Source of the DNA: Conidiobolus incongruus B7586
Lineage: Eukaryota
Direction: 5' to 3'
DNA: 51,666 nt
Assembly (NCBI GenBank): GCA_000697335.1
Contig: JNEM01008698.1
Coordinates: 1-51,666 of the forward strand
Position numbers and translations under genes: made by a program. The notes below the pieces were generated by a model. It was not told the DNA's origin. It saw nothing but the letters and a program-made list of their open reading frames with translations, and did not search any database. This document shows, piece by piece, positions 27,589 through 40,420 of the stretch (the stretch's first letter is position 1; the number at the start of each line of letters is the position of its first letter).

Positions 27589-27775
27589 TTAGATTAATTT
27601 ATTGATTTTAATGTAGTCATATATAGAATTAATAAAATCACTTATAGAATTGATATTATTGTTATTATTTTCTCGAAATATAAAGGATTAAAGGATTGAA
27701 ATTAGACTTAATTTTATATCTCAAAATGAGAGTAATCTTTAGCATTTATGATGAAATTTATATTAAGGCTATTAA

Positions 27776-27847
27776 TCCGATATGGTCCAGTGGCTAGGAT
27801 TTCTCGCTCTCACCGAGACGGCCAGGGTTCGATTCCCTGTATCGGAG
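27776..27847 (+). tRNA. tRNA-Glu (CUC)
   Basis: TCCGATATGGTCCAGTGGCTAGGA-TCTCGCTCTCACCGAGA-CAGGGTTCGATTCCCTG-TATCGGAG folds as a cloverleaf with anticodon CTC. Confidence 0.97.
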
Positions 27848-28938
27848 TGTTGTTTATCTAAAGAAATACATTTTTTATCCTCATATGTCTATCATTACTA
27901 GTTGACTACATTCACTAACTCAAAATTCAAATACTAATACTCATTTCAATTTTTTTTTTTGCATTCATTTAATTAAATGATGTTTCCTTTACATTTATTT
28001 GTATTTCATGATTTAATTTTCATCCTTGTTACCAGTTGAATATATTCTTATATTCAATATTAAACCATTGCTTTTTTCGGAATTAAAAATTTTTAATATT
28101 AATGATACAATTATATAATTGATTTCGTAACCTGGTAAAATACATTATTAATGCCATTCAAAATTTGAATTATTACTCCAAAATTTATGTATATAATACT
28201 TTGATAAATTAATAATGGATATTCCAGTTTCAAATTGGAAATATGTGACTGTAGTCAACTGTTAGTCATTCATATTATTTTACTTTTATTATTTAATGAC
28301 CATTAAGTATTCACTTTTCAAATCAATCAAACTATTCATGATTCAAACTTCGAAATTGAAATAATTAATACATATACTTTCAACTGCATTGAAATCAATA
28401 TAAAAGACTATTGAAGAGTTTTATTGTAACTATTTAATTCATTTGATTTTATGATATATTAATTTAAAGATGATTCAATATTCAAAGATGTGTATCATTA
28501 GTAATTCATTACAGACAATTTAATATGATCCCTATTTAAGTTGTATTTTAACTAAATTTAAAATAACAAGTAAATTCCAAAATCTAATCAACATAATCAT
28601 TTAAAATTTATATCAATATAAAACACCTATATAATTAGCAGTCCAAATCAATCAAACTAAATATCATATTTCTATCTCTTGAGTTTGAAATATTTTCAAC
28701 AAACCCTTTCAGATTTAAATTTATTGGAATTACAAATTTTGAGTAATATGAGAATAGAGTTTATTGACAATTAATATTGATTAAAATTGTCAAAATATTG
28801 ATTATTAATTATTATTTAATAATAGTCAACTAATATTCAAAAATTTATATAATGAATGAAAAATCTATAAAAACCGTTTTATCATTATTTGAATAAATTA
28901 CAGGTTTGACATATAATTAACCATGAAAATAAAAAATA

Positions 28939-31014
28939 TTAGACGTCGTAACCCATTCTATTGCGAACTTTAACGTTCTTTTTACCTTTACGATGCTTTT
29001 TATCTTTGACCATAAAATCGGATCCTGCGGATGACGAATCTAAAGCTATCGTACCGTCATCATTGACCATTCTTTGGTGAGGGTATATGGTGCTACGTCC
29101 AAATTTAGCGGTTTGATACTTGCCCTTGGAGATAGCGTGAGCTGAGAGTGTCTTTTGACTGTTGAAAAATTGACTATCTAGAGCCTTCGAAGCTAAGAGA
29201 TTTGTATTGGTGCCTAAGATCTTCTTCTGATGAGTAGGCTCAGCAGCTGTAAATAGTTTCTTCTTTGGCAAGTTCTCGACACTGTAAATTTCCTTGTTAA
29301 AATTGTCAGGATCTTGGCAGTTGGGAGGAGGATGGTTGTAGAGTAATTTGGCATTGACGTAATCTTTGAGGATGTATCTAGCAGCACGGGCTTCGTCAGG
29401 GTTACCTTGGCCAGCCTTAGTGAATCCTCGAGCCATGGCATAAGCCTTCAAAAAGTCCTCAGGTTGGGGAATATTGGTACCATCACCACCTTCTTGAACA
29501 CTCGGCATGGAGATGTGAATACCGTAAAGAGCTTCCAAGTACCACTTGGGGATTCTGCGTACGACTAATCCAATGGGACCAGTGTGTTCGCGAAGTTGAT
29601 CAATGGGCAAGACACCATCACAAACCATGTTAGCTTGAGTTGTAGCAAATGAGGGGAAAACTAAACCGGGGCAATCACAAAGAATGGTCTTGTCATCCAA
29701 GTGGAGAGTTTGGAAGTGCTTGGTTTTACCAGGGGTAGATGCGACAGCAACTTTCTTTGAGCCAATCAAAGCGTTGATGGTGGAACTCTTACCTACGTTG
29801 GGGTAACCAACCAAGCCAATAGTAATTTTATTGCGGTATTGCTCGGGAATGCTAGGGTTGGTGGAGGGTTGAGCACGGGTATGGAATAAGTCAAGAAGCT
29901 CAGCACATGAAAGAATGTGAATACGAGGATCTTTGGAAGATTTTTTACCAAATGTGGATGGATAAAATTCATCGTCATTATTGACAGGAGTAGTTTCAGT
30001 TGCTTTAGATTCTTGCTCCTCCTCTTCATTGGATCCTTCATCATCGGAATCAGTTTCTTTCTTCCGTTCTTTAAGTTTTAATTCATTCTATAGTAAAATA
30101 ATTAGTATTAGTCAATTAAACGAATATTACATTCAAATTACCATTTCACGCTCTAACTCGCGCTCCAATTCAACGTTAGAAATCTTTGCAGAGAAGAACT
30201 TGAATTGAATATTATTTTGATCAAAATAGTCAGCCCATTGTGTCCTCTGTTCATCAGTCAATAAATCAGCCTTATTGACTAACAAAAGGCATTCAACTTC
30301 GCCATTGTGTACTTCAGATACATATTTCTCTAAATCTTCACTTCTAAAAGTCATAGGATTTCTAGCATCAACAATTTGAACAACGAGTTGAGATCTTTCA
30401 ATAACACGCCACAGCTGTCTCCAAACTTCCAAGTTTCTTTCATAGGGGGTCAACAATAAACCATTGGACTCTTGCAACAATGCTAAGCTTCTTCTCCAGT
30501 CCAAAAATGCAGTTTGTTCATTTCTTTGGACTTCTCTAGCGGTCATAGATTTATCCCAGTGGGGTCTTCTGGGGATAACCACCTCATTTTGGAAAGTTTG
30601 GTGCAATTGCTGAACTTTGGATTCTTCTTCCTTACTTAATAAGAAGGGATTGTTGTTTTCAGTACTGATCACCTTAATATTCTGTCTTTGAGCAGTGAAA
30701 TCGGTATCGGCCAATTCGGCAATTCTTAAAAATGAATCCAAATCTCCTTCTTGAGTGATGGATTGAAGTTTTGTCCAACTGGGTCCATCATTTAAATCAG
30801 TCGTGTGCTAAATAAATACATTAATAAAATTGGTAAAAATAATTATTATTTATAAATTAATATAGTAAGAATATTAAGACAAATTATTATCAAGAGATTG
30901 TATACTTACAACTAATTCAGTATCGTGATCTTTAGGACGCGTACCATTCTTAAATCTCGACCTGATAATTGCTTTACCAAGTCCAACGTTCTTTTTTGAG
31001 GTGGGTAATACCAT
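28939..31014 (-). CDS. LSG1: Large-subunit circularly permuted GTPase Lsg1
   Basis: Three exons (intron 1 = 30808-30909). MVLPTSKKNVGLGKAIIR, LTPYERNLEVWRQLWRVIERS, DARNP, NKADLL, GYPNVGKSS, TPGKTKHFQT, DCPG. Confidence 0.95.
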
Positions 31015-31192
31015 ATCAATAAATTACTATTCGATTATCAATATAAATAAAAAATTAATATAATTTAAATCTATCTAGTTTATATATATTGATTAATAAT
31101 TTAATTTTTATATTAGTAATACAAATTTATTATTCTTAATCTGATATTTTTTGGGAATGGAGGATTTTTGAATTTAAATGAAATAAGATGAA

Positions 31193-31202
31193 ATTATGGG
31201 AT
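31193..31202 (-). promoter_or_regulatory. TCCCATAA candidate promoter element (LSG1)
   Basis: ATTATGGGAT reads ATCCCATAAT on the gene strand, ~180 nt upstream of the ATG. Confidence 0.5.
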
Positions 31203-32744
31203 GCTCCCTAGTGTTGACAACTCTTATAGTTGATATAAAAACTTAATAGCATTTGAGCAATACAATATCGCGAAATTTAAAGGAATTTATAAAAAATTAG
31301 CTCAATGTGGTAAATATTTTGTGTAATAAATGATATCAAAGCATAGGTTATAAATGTCAAGTTTTTGTTATATATTTCATAATGATATACAAATTTTAAG
31401 ATAAACATGTTAAAATATTAATAATTTTAAACTCGTTTATTATTTTCAAAATAGATAATGTTTAATATTATAGGAATCTTAGTGAGAATTAGTAACAGTT
31501 TCAATTTGGTAATGAAATAAATTTTGATCATTTATCAATATTGCAAATCAATGTAATTCTAAAATAATTTATATTATAAAATAAAAATATATTAAAGAGT
31601 TATTTTTTTACAATTAGATTCGAAAATAAGTTTTAATTATTCATTTGATTTTGATTATTTAATTTGGTGATTTAAACAAGTATATTTGATTTCCAAATTT
31701 AGTAATATAGATTCTGTCAAATACGTATTCTGGATGCTTTTAAATTAATGATGATAGATTAATAAGAATAAAGATTTAAGAATACAATGTATTTTTATTA
31801 CTGCAAATGAAATATTGCTAATTTAATATTATAACAGAAAGCAATACATATTATCATTATAAATAAAAAATTAAATTTTTAATTCTAATCATAGCAATCA
31901 ATGTTCTATTTGATAATATTATTATTTTAATATAATTGGTCAAAAATAGCATTATCATACAATTTCTATATTTATCAATCCAATCATTTTCTATTTATAC
32001 TATTCAATAAATAGTCTTTATTTGATATATCTACTTGAGTGTGATTATCAATTTATTCACATTATTTATTAAGAACAATGTTCGAGAATTATAGCCAAGA
32101 ATTAAAAATGATTTAGACATTATAATAATATGAATCAGTCTTTTCAAAACTCATATACAGAAATGGTAGTTAATATTATATCATAGATGGTTAAAATTTT
32201 TATTATAGTTAGACTAGTAAAGAATTCAATATATATTTAGTATGCAGTCAAAATAATATTTCTTAAATATCATTCCAACAAACAATAATCATAAACAACA
32301 ATAGTTGCAATATATTAATAATATATCATTCCGTCACATAATCAATACAATCACATTACTCTCCAAAAATTCGAATGCTATGAAAAAATTCCCGATCAAA
32401 TCAATTTAACCCCACAAAATTGAATGGCATTTTACTAAACCAACTCGCTCACACATCCCAATAGACCACTTAGCATGTTAACATATTAGGAAATTATAAC
32501 TCAATTGCAATCTATCTGTTTATGTGATTGTCATACTCGCTAACATTCTTTAATTTTTCAATTTATTAACTATAAATACAAGCCAAGTGCTAAAGTTAAA
32601 CTTACCTTGAATTAAACTTGAATTTTATTAATTCGAGTTTATTTATTGTTACATTAAAATATTTATTATTATTTATCAAATTAATTTCAATTAATTAATT
32701 TCATTTTTAAATTATTATATAAACATTATTTATTATACAAAGTA

Positions 32745-33221
32745 ATGATCAATTTATTTAATTCATTAGTACTATTATTATTTTGGTCTTGGGTGAACTG
32801 CCAACTTGATCTTGTTGAAGATCTTCTTGGGATGCCTGATGCACAAGGTGTAACTGGAACTGCTTCTAATGGAGGAGGAGTGAGTATTGCCATAATTGAT
32901 AATGATCAAGCTTTAGGATCTATTGGAGGCACCAGGAGTGATCTTGTCAGTGTCCCGAACTCTCCAGCTCCAGGTACTGTTAATGCAGCTTCGTCTGCAA
33001 TGCAGCCAATGATGCAACCAACGATCATACAGCCTGCTTCTACCATACAAGCAAGTGGATCAATGAACCAATACTCATATCCAGTAGTCTGCGATGTATA
33101 CAATCAATGTTATAAAATATACGGTTATAATCAATATCCGGTGAGTCAATACAATCCATCGCCATACTATTCAAATTCAGCATATGCTCCATCTCCTTAT
33201 TCATATTATCCGACGATGTAA
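32745..33221 (+). CDS. Putative secreted low-complexity protein, 158 aa, Tyr/Pro/Ser-rich tail
   Basis: Single exon with high GC relative to its flanks. Signal-like MINLFNSLVLLLFWSWVNC, a CDVYNQC Cys pair, and a YSYP/PYY-type tail. Confidence 0.75.
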   Translation: MINLFNSLVLLLFWSWVNCQLDLVEDLLGMPDAQGVTGTASNGGGVSIAIIDNDQALGSIGGTRSDLVSVPNSPAPGTVNAASSAMQPMMQPTIIQPASTIQASGSMNQYSYPVVCDVYNQCYKIYGYNQYPVSQYNPSPYYSNSAYAPSPYSYYPTM

Positions 33222-33668
33222 ATAACCAACATTTTACATATTCATTATTGCATTCATTAAGTATATCATTACCATCATAATAATATAATGAAATATCACG
33301 AAATGGCCAAATTGAATTTAGGTCTTTTTTAATATATTTCAAATTATTTATCATTATTTTGAATTAAAAATCATATATATTTAATTCAATAATAAAAAAT
33401 TGATATATTATAATTCATTTATTTAATAAAACTTATTTTAAGAATAAAAATATTATAATATTACTGATTACTTGAAATCTGAGAATATTGAACTAATTTT
33501 GAAAATGTGATCTTTGTTTTAAATTTTGAAGATCAATCAATTTTAAGTCATAAATTTTATCAAAAGTGATTCATTGTGTAAAAAATAGTCGAATTATAAA
33601 CACGATGAACAATATCAAATTTTGAAATGTATGTTATTTAGATGTTTAATATGATTATTTATTAATGA

Positions 33669-35147
33669 TTATTTCATTTCTTGATAATTATTACGAGATG
33701 ATAAGGTGAGCTTTCTGACTAGTTTCCTATTATCGAATACAGAACCAATCTCTTCCAAGCTAAAGCCTTTAGTCTCTGGGAATAGGAAATAGACTGCCAG
33801 GATCATTAGTGCACCAAAGCCTGCAAATATGAGATAGATACCAAAGGTGATCCTATTAATCAAAATTGGACTCACCTGTCCAATGATGTAGTTGAAGAGC
33901 CAGTTAGACGCTGTAGAAATGGAAATTGCTTTAGATCTAATAGTAAGCGGGAAGATTTCACTTGGATAGATCCATGCAACTGGACCCCATGAGAATGCAA
34001 ACCCAGCAACAAATATGTAAATGAATACAATGATTGCATAAGATGCTCCTGAATTAAATAGGTTAACTTGGACAACTCCAAATTCGTCATATGTCTTTGT
34101 AGAATATACTCCCATCAGAATACCAACTATCATCATTGAAACACCCATGATAAAAGCACCTGAAATCAGAGTTGTTCTCCTACCCCATTTATCGACGTAT
34201 AAGATTGCTGGGATAGTAGCAATGACATTAACAATGCCATTAATAGCAGTAGCTAACAGTTTGGCTTGTTGACCGTGGAGACCTGCTTGATCAAAGATTT
34301 TGGGTGCATAGTACATGATTGAATTGATACCTGTGAGTTGCTGCAAAGCTTGAATGAGAATACCAAGGAAAACTCTTCTGATATATTTTCTACTGAATAA
34401 TGATTTATATGAGCTAACTTGCACACGTCTTTCTTCGTTTACAGTTTGTTGAATTAAGTTGAACTCTTCAATGACTTTAGCACTATCCATACTACCATTA
34501 TCTCTCAATCTTGCCAGGACCATATATGCTTTATCTTCGAATCCACGCTCGATAAGCCATCTGGGAGAGTTTGGCATAGCGAGGGATCCTAATCCAAGTA
34601 TAATGGCTGGAGCAATTTGAAGTCCTAGTGGGAGTCTCCACATTGGATCACCTGAACCGAATGAACATCCATAATTTATCAGGAACGAGATCAAAATACC
34701 CCAAGTAACTGCCCACTGCTGCAACGACACTAGTCTACCTCTCAGTTCGGTTGGTGCAATTTCAGACTGATACATTGGGACAACCATTGATAACACACCA
34801 ATAGCCAATCCAGATATGAATCTTCCAGCATAAAGAGTACCAATGGTAGCTGCTCCAGTTTGAAGCCCTACACCCAAAATAAACACCATAGAACCCAAGG
34901 TAATAGATTGTTTTCTTCCCAACGAATCAGCAGTCCATCCAGAGATCAAAGAGCCAATAAAACACCCAATAGTCAAGATAGATACAATAACACCGGCTAC
35001 AACATCCGAAATCTTACCCTCTGTACCGAAAATTTGATTAAAGGCAGGCATATCTAACACCCCCGAGATGACACCTATATCATAACCGAATAAGATACCA
35101 CCTATAGCAGCAAAACTTGCAGAGAAATAAACGTAAAATTTTCCCAT
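33669..35147 (-). CDS. MFS sugar porter (high-affinity hexose transporter-like), 492 aa
   Basis: Intronless. GGILFGYDIGVISG, D..GRK, GRFISG, YQSEIAP..RG, QQLTGINSIMYY, DKWGRR, SWGPVAWIYPSEIFP, PETKG. Confidence 0.95.
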   Translation of the reverse strand: MGKFYVYFSASFAAIGGILFGYDIGVISGVLDMPAFNQIFGTEGKISDVVAGVIVSILTIGCFIGSLISGWTADSLGRKQSITLGSMVFILGVGLQTGAATIGTLYAGRFISGLAIGVLSMVVPMYQSEIAPTELRGRLVSLQQWAVTWGILISFLINYGCSFGSGDPMWRLPLGLQIAPAIILGLGSLAMPNSPRWLIERGFEDKAYMVLARLRDNGSMDSAKVIEEFNLIQQTVNEERRVQVSSYKSLFSRKYIRRVFLGILIQALQQLTGINSIMYYAPKIFDQAGLHGQQAKLLATAINGIVNVIATIPAILYVDKWGRRTTLISGAFIMGVSMMIVGILMGVYSTKTYDEFGVVQVNLFNSGASYAIIVFIYIFVAGFAFSWGPVAWIYPSEIFPLTIRSKAISISTASNWLFNYIIGQVSPILINRITFGIYLIFAGFGALMILAVYFLFPETKGFSLEEIGSVFDNRKLVRKLTLSSRNNYQEMK

Positions 35148-35899
35148 TTATGAAAGGATCTATATTCTAAAAAGATTAATTAGTATGAATTGACTTAGTC
35201 TTTCATAGTCAATAGTTATATATAAGGTTTCTGTAATATTGAAAACCTTTGACATTGATTTGAAACTCACTTGGCTGTTATACTCAAGTATCAGTGAACC
35301 AATATTTGAACTAATTCGAAATTGAAATTATCTAAATAATGAAGCCTCTTTTGAAACTTGAATGTTATATTGATGATCAAATTTCTTTTAGCTTATCCAA
35401 CTTCAAAAATTGATTTATTATCTCAATTTAACTGAATTATATTAATATCAAAATATGTAGAAATATCTAAATATCTACAAATTTATCATTTTTTAAATTA
35501 TACATTATATTATCATATTATTTATTAAAGCAAAATTTAATTGGTTTATAATCAATATATTAGAAAACTTGAAGATCAATAATTATTGTTTGTTATTGTA
35601 GTTTTGAGAGTATATAAATTTGATCATATTAACATTTATATATAAACTGGATTGATAACTGTTGAACCCAGATTAACAGTGACTATAATATTATATAGTA
35701 TCAGTTACTGAATAATTTGAAGTTAAATAATTGTTATTATACGTATCTTAAATGTAGCGATTTTTTTAAATTATATATGTAAATATTTGATTAATCTTTG
35801 TTAGTTTATATATTAGATTTAAATAGAACAATTTCAATTTTATTATATTGACAATATAATATTTCTTTATTTAAACAGATTTTACTAATATCATAAAAT

Positions 35900-37400
35900 A
35901 TTTTTTGATTATTTACTTAAATTTCAAAATTATATTCTGATCAGTCAATAATAAATTATATAAATAGTATAACTGATGAATACTTATTATTGGTTATAAA
36001 TATTAGTTGATTACCATATTCCTGAAATGTTACTAACCTTTGGATGTCAATTTAAATCTAGAACACTAATTGATTTATCAATCTCCATATAAAGACTTGA
36101 TTTATTAATTATAAAGTATAATTACTCCAAAAAATAATAAAGATATATTTATTAAAGACTAAAAACTCAGATTTGAGTTTGTAATCATGTTTTAATATGC
36201 TTTTCATTGTTATATAGTTTTATAATATAAATCCAATTCAAACGAGAAAAGAAATAGTGAATAATATTTCATTAAATTATTCCACTATTAATAGAATGAT
36301 TAAAAGTGAAGAATTCATCAAATGACCAATATTATAAAATTGACGTATTAAATCATTAGTATGGCAATTACATCCATTTTATTAATGAATCCATACTGTT
36401 GTTATTAATTGAACATTAATCTAATTTCAAGCATATTGTTAACTGGTATAACGTTAGGAGCTTAAGTGAACCATTAATGTTGCTAATGTAAGTATGGTTC
36501 TTATGATTTAGATAACCAATTGATAAGATTTTATCAACTTTTATAATTAATTTGGAATGATGTAAATAATAAATGAATAAAGTTAAATATGATTGTTGAA
36601 TCTTAATAATGGTTATATTATTTGTATAGCTAAGCTTCATATAGCTTTTTGTTTCAAAACTTTGAAGTAATATTGAAATTTAGCAATGATCAAAATGATC
36701 GTTTAAAAATTTTAAGAATTCTCTATGTTCTATTTATATAAATTGCATTTGTTAAATCTAATATTAATTTTAGCATTTTTGGATTGTTAGCATATTAAAG
36801 ATATTTGAAAAAACTAATCTCTTATATTCAAAGACATATCTGTTAAGAAATTAAAAGTTATAAAGCATCAGATATAAAAACTTTGTACATTATACTAGCC
36901 TTTTTTATAGCATTGCTGTATCATCGTACTGTTATTCTAATTTACTATTTTTTGATATTATTAAATGAAATATTTTCATTATTTATAAATGGTCTAATAT
37001 TCAACTCATTAACTGATCTAAAATAGACCTTTTCCATTCATTTCTCATTTCATCAATTTTTTATCATATATACAGATCTGACAAATAATATTTTAATTTA
37101 TTAGAAAATCAATTAAAGTTAATCCCTGTTAAATTCTAATATTGAAAATAAAATTTTTAGTTGTATATGATTATAATAGAGTTAACCAACGATTTTTTGT
37201 GAATTTCTAACTGATAGTAACAATACATGTTCACCAATTATAATTTAAAATCTGAATACAAATATCATTTCTAATCAGACCTTATCCATGACTAAAATTA
37301 TCTGAAAGCTGTGCTTTAGAATTAAAACAAGAAGCTGAATAAAGCAGATGGTGAAATCATAACATATTAATCCTAAAATCGATGATGAATTTCAATCAAC
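35900..37400 (-). pseudogene. Probable decayed fungal TF MHR-like gene
   Basis: Minus-strand fragments in the expected order: IVG*LYYNHIQ, SDAL*LL, KMLKLILDL, FKRSF*SLL (36681-36707; cf. RRRxFWxLY). Many stops. Boundaries approximate. Confidence 0.35.
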
Positions 37401-38920
37401 AGGATTAAATACTCATTATAAAATATTGCTAATTATTATTAATTAATGAAATAATTAATCTTTTTTGAAAAATTCAATTAATTTTAAAAATACGATTAAA
37501 AATTTAAGATTGATCAAATTAAATTCTATTAAATTGCTTTGGTGTTTGATTGCTATAAAAGTCACTTTAATATTGATTCAATATTCTTTCTAATAAAATT
37601 GCCAATGTATATAATATTAATATTGTATGATTTTTTACTTCTATTTATTGTGAGGCATAAATAATCTAAAAATTCATCTGTATTTCAAAATGCGACCAAA
37701 GAATATTCTAGAGTTTCAGGTGTTATTATTTTAAAAATGTTTAAGTTATAATATTTGTAAAAAAATAAATATAAAAATATACTATAACAAAATTTTTATT
37801 TAATAGCAGTGGGTTAATTATTTTTGTTATAATAAATACATTAAAGATAGTAATATTTTTTGAAAGAATTTTTAACCTTAATCTAATTTCTTTTTTAAAA
37901 TTAAACAGAAAAGTTGCATATTTATAAACATTATTGTCAGGGGTCATTAACACATATAATTAGAAAACAAAAAATGAGCTGATTTTTGATTATAAGACCT
38001 GTGTTCGCTTATTGAATTATTTGATGAAATACTAATTTTGGAAATGACCCTTTGAAAATTATTTGATTATGTGTAGTTAAAGCTGTAATAATATCAAGAT
38101 TATGATATAGAGTCAAAAAAATTATAATAAAATATATTAATATTTTTTCAAAAAATATCAAGTATCCATTTTGAATTAGATATGTCTTGAAATTTTAAAC
38201 TCGGATTTTTTAAGTTTATAATTAGTGTTAATTAGTAGACGAAGGTAAAAAGTTAATCTAAAAAATATACTCTATTTGAATTAATATTCATATGTTTATA
38301 ATCCAAATTAATGTTTTTATAAGGTATAAAAATTTTATAAAGTTGACTAAATTCGGATAATTATGTACTTTAATATCTTAGAGAAAGTATATGTAATATG
38401 AATAAAAAGATAGTCCAAAGGCTCAGCAGATGAGCAAGTCATATGAGTGGCGATGTATTCATCCCAAGTTCCCAATGAATTTAATCAACCATCAAAAGCG
38501 AATCCATTCATTGATATTGCTTGTTGAATGATCCATTTAAAAACAAAGAGATCCATTGAATCATATTTAAATGGGATCACATTTTTATGATTCAAATATC
38601 AATTAAAAAACTGTGTGAATGAAATCTTAGCTGGATTTATGAACTATTTATTTGATCCAATCAATATTTCCATAAATAGAATAATGTTGAATTAATAATA
38701 GGTTTATTAGGAAAAAATTTGCATATTTTGGTAACAAAATGCATAGCTGAAAAAAAATAAAATGTATTGTAATTTATTTGAAAGTCACACATATGATGGA
38801 TTTAATATAAGGTCACATTCATTACAAAATTAAACATGTTTGATTCTATATATAAACCAACTGATGGACAACTGATTAGATTAAGATAATTATCTATCAT
38901 AACATATAGTAAATATCATA

Positions 38921-40420
38921 ATGTCTTGTCCATATGCTAGAGGTTTAGTTACCAGTGCTGGTATTCCTATTGATGATGATCAATACAGTATTACTGCTGG
39001 AGAGCGTGGACCTATCTCTCTTACTGATTTTAGATTGATCGAAAAGCTCGCTCACTTCGACCGTGAAAGAATCCCTGAAAGAGTTGTCCACGCCGTCGGC
39101 TCTGGTGCTCATGGTTACTTCGAGCTCACTAACCCCGACTTTGGCAAATATACTAAAGCCAAATTATTCAATGGTGCCGGTAAGAAAACTCCTGTTTTTG
39201 CTAGATTTTCAACTGTAGGTGGTGAATCAGGTAGTTCCGATACTGTCAGAGATCCTAGAGGTTTCGCTGTCAAATTCTACACCGAAGAAGGTAACTGGGA
39301 TTTCGTTGGTAACAACACTCCCGTCTTCTTTATCAGAGATCCCATTAAGTTTCCTGACTTTATCCACACTCAAAAGCGTAATCCTCAAACTCACTTGAAG
39401 GACCCCAACATGTTCTGGGATTTCCTTAGCTTGACTCCTGAATCCGCTCACCAAGTCACCATCTTATTCTCTGATCGTGGTACTCCCAGAGGCTACAGAC
39501 ACATGAACGGTTACTACGGCCACACCTTGAAATTAGTCAATGAAGAAGGCAAGGTTCACTATGTCAAGTTCCACTTCAAGACCAGACAAGGTATCCAAAA
39601 TCTTTCTGCTGAAGAAGCCATTAAACTCGCTGGTGAGAACCCTGACTACTCTCAGCAGGATCTCTTCGAAGCCATCCAACGTGGTGACTATCCCGCCTGG
39701 GACTTGTATGCTCAAATCATGCCTGAACATGAGCTCACTACCTACCGCTGGAACCCCTTAGATATCACCAAGGTCTGGCCCCATGCTGACTATCCTCTCA
39801 TTCCTGTTGGTAGAATGGTTTTGAACAAGAATCCCCTCAACTACTTTGCTGAAGTTGAACAATCTGCTTTCGCTCCTTCCAACATGGTCCCCGGTATCGA
39901 GCCCAGTCACGATAAGATGTTGATGGGTCGTATGTTCTCTTATGCTGATACCCACCGCTACAGATTGGGTCCCAACTATAACCAAATCCCCATCAACCAA
40001 CCCCGCAACGGAATTCCCTACAACCAACACGTTGATGGCCCTATGGCTGTAGATGGCAACAAGGGCAATCTCCCCAACTACTATCCTAACAGCTTCTCAG
40101 ACCGTCATCCTCAACGTCCTTTCAATAAGAGTCCCGCTTCCGCTGAATCCAACCATGGTAAGTCTCATGCTAGTGTAACTCATGGTGAAATTAAGCGTCA
40201 TATTATCCTTCCTACTGATGATGACTTCGTCCAACCTGGTAACCTTTACCGCAAATTCAATGAAGGTGAAAAGCAACGTCTCGTTGATAATATTGTTGGT
40301 CACTTAGTCAACGCTGAGCAATTCATCCAAGAACGTATGGTCAATATCTTCACCAAGTGTGATCCTGACTACGGTCGCCGTATCAGACAAGGTCTTAACT
40401 TGAAGGGTTCTAAAATCTAA
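38921..40420 (+). CDS. Monofunctional small-subunit heme catalase, probably peroxisomal (499 aa)
   Basis: [13 protein letters not shown] distal His motif, [24 protein letters not shown] proximal Tyr motif, and C-terminal -SKI (PTS1-like). Intronless with strongly biased codons. Confidence 0.97.
   Translation: MSCPYARGLVTSAGIPIDDDQYSITAGERGPISLTDFRLIEKLAHFDRERIPERVVHAVGSGAHGYFELTNPDFGKYTKAKLFNGAGKKTPVFARFSTVGGESGSSDTVRDPRGFAVKFYTEEGNWDFVGNNTPVFFIRDPIKFPDFIHTQKRNPQTHLKDPNMFWDFLSLTPESAHQVTILFSDRGTPRGYRHMNGYYGHTLKLVNEEGKVHYVKFHFKTRQGIQNLSAEEAIKLAGENPDYSQQDLFEAIQRGDYPAWDLYAQIMPEHELTTYRWNPLDITKVWPHADYPLIPVGRMVLNKNPLNYFAEVEQSAFAPSNMVPGIEPSHDKMLMGRMFSYADTHRYRLGPNYNQIPINQPRNGIPYNQHVDGPMAVDGNKGNLPNYYPNSFSDRHPQRPFNKSPASAESNHGKSHASVTHGEIKRHIILPTDDDFVQPGNLYRKFNEGEKQRLVDNIVGHLVNAEQFIQERMVNIFTKCDPDYGRRIRQGLNLKGSKI

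Noticed and set aside
37741..37953. Short AT-rich ORFs (also 4678-4860, 7839-8027, 22534-22734, 36416-36640, 41421-41615)
   Set aside because: Ile/Asn/Lys/Phe-rich, mostly with non-ATG starts and no motifs; chance ORFs or pieces of decayed genes rather than functional CDSs.
39227..40303. Several antisense and alternate-frame ORFs over the catalase
   Set aside because: By-products of strong codon bias in the sense gene.
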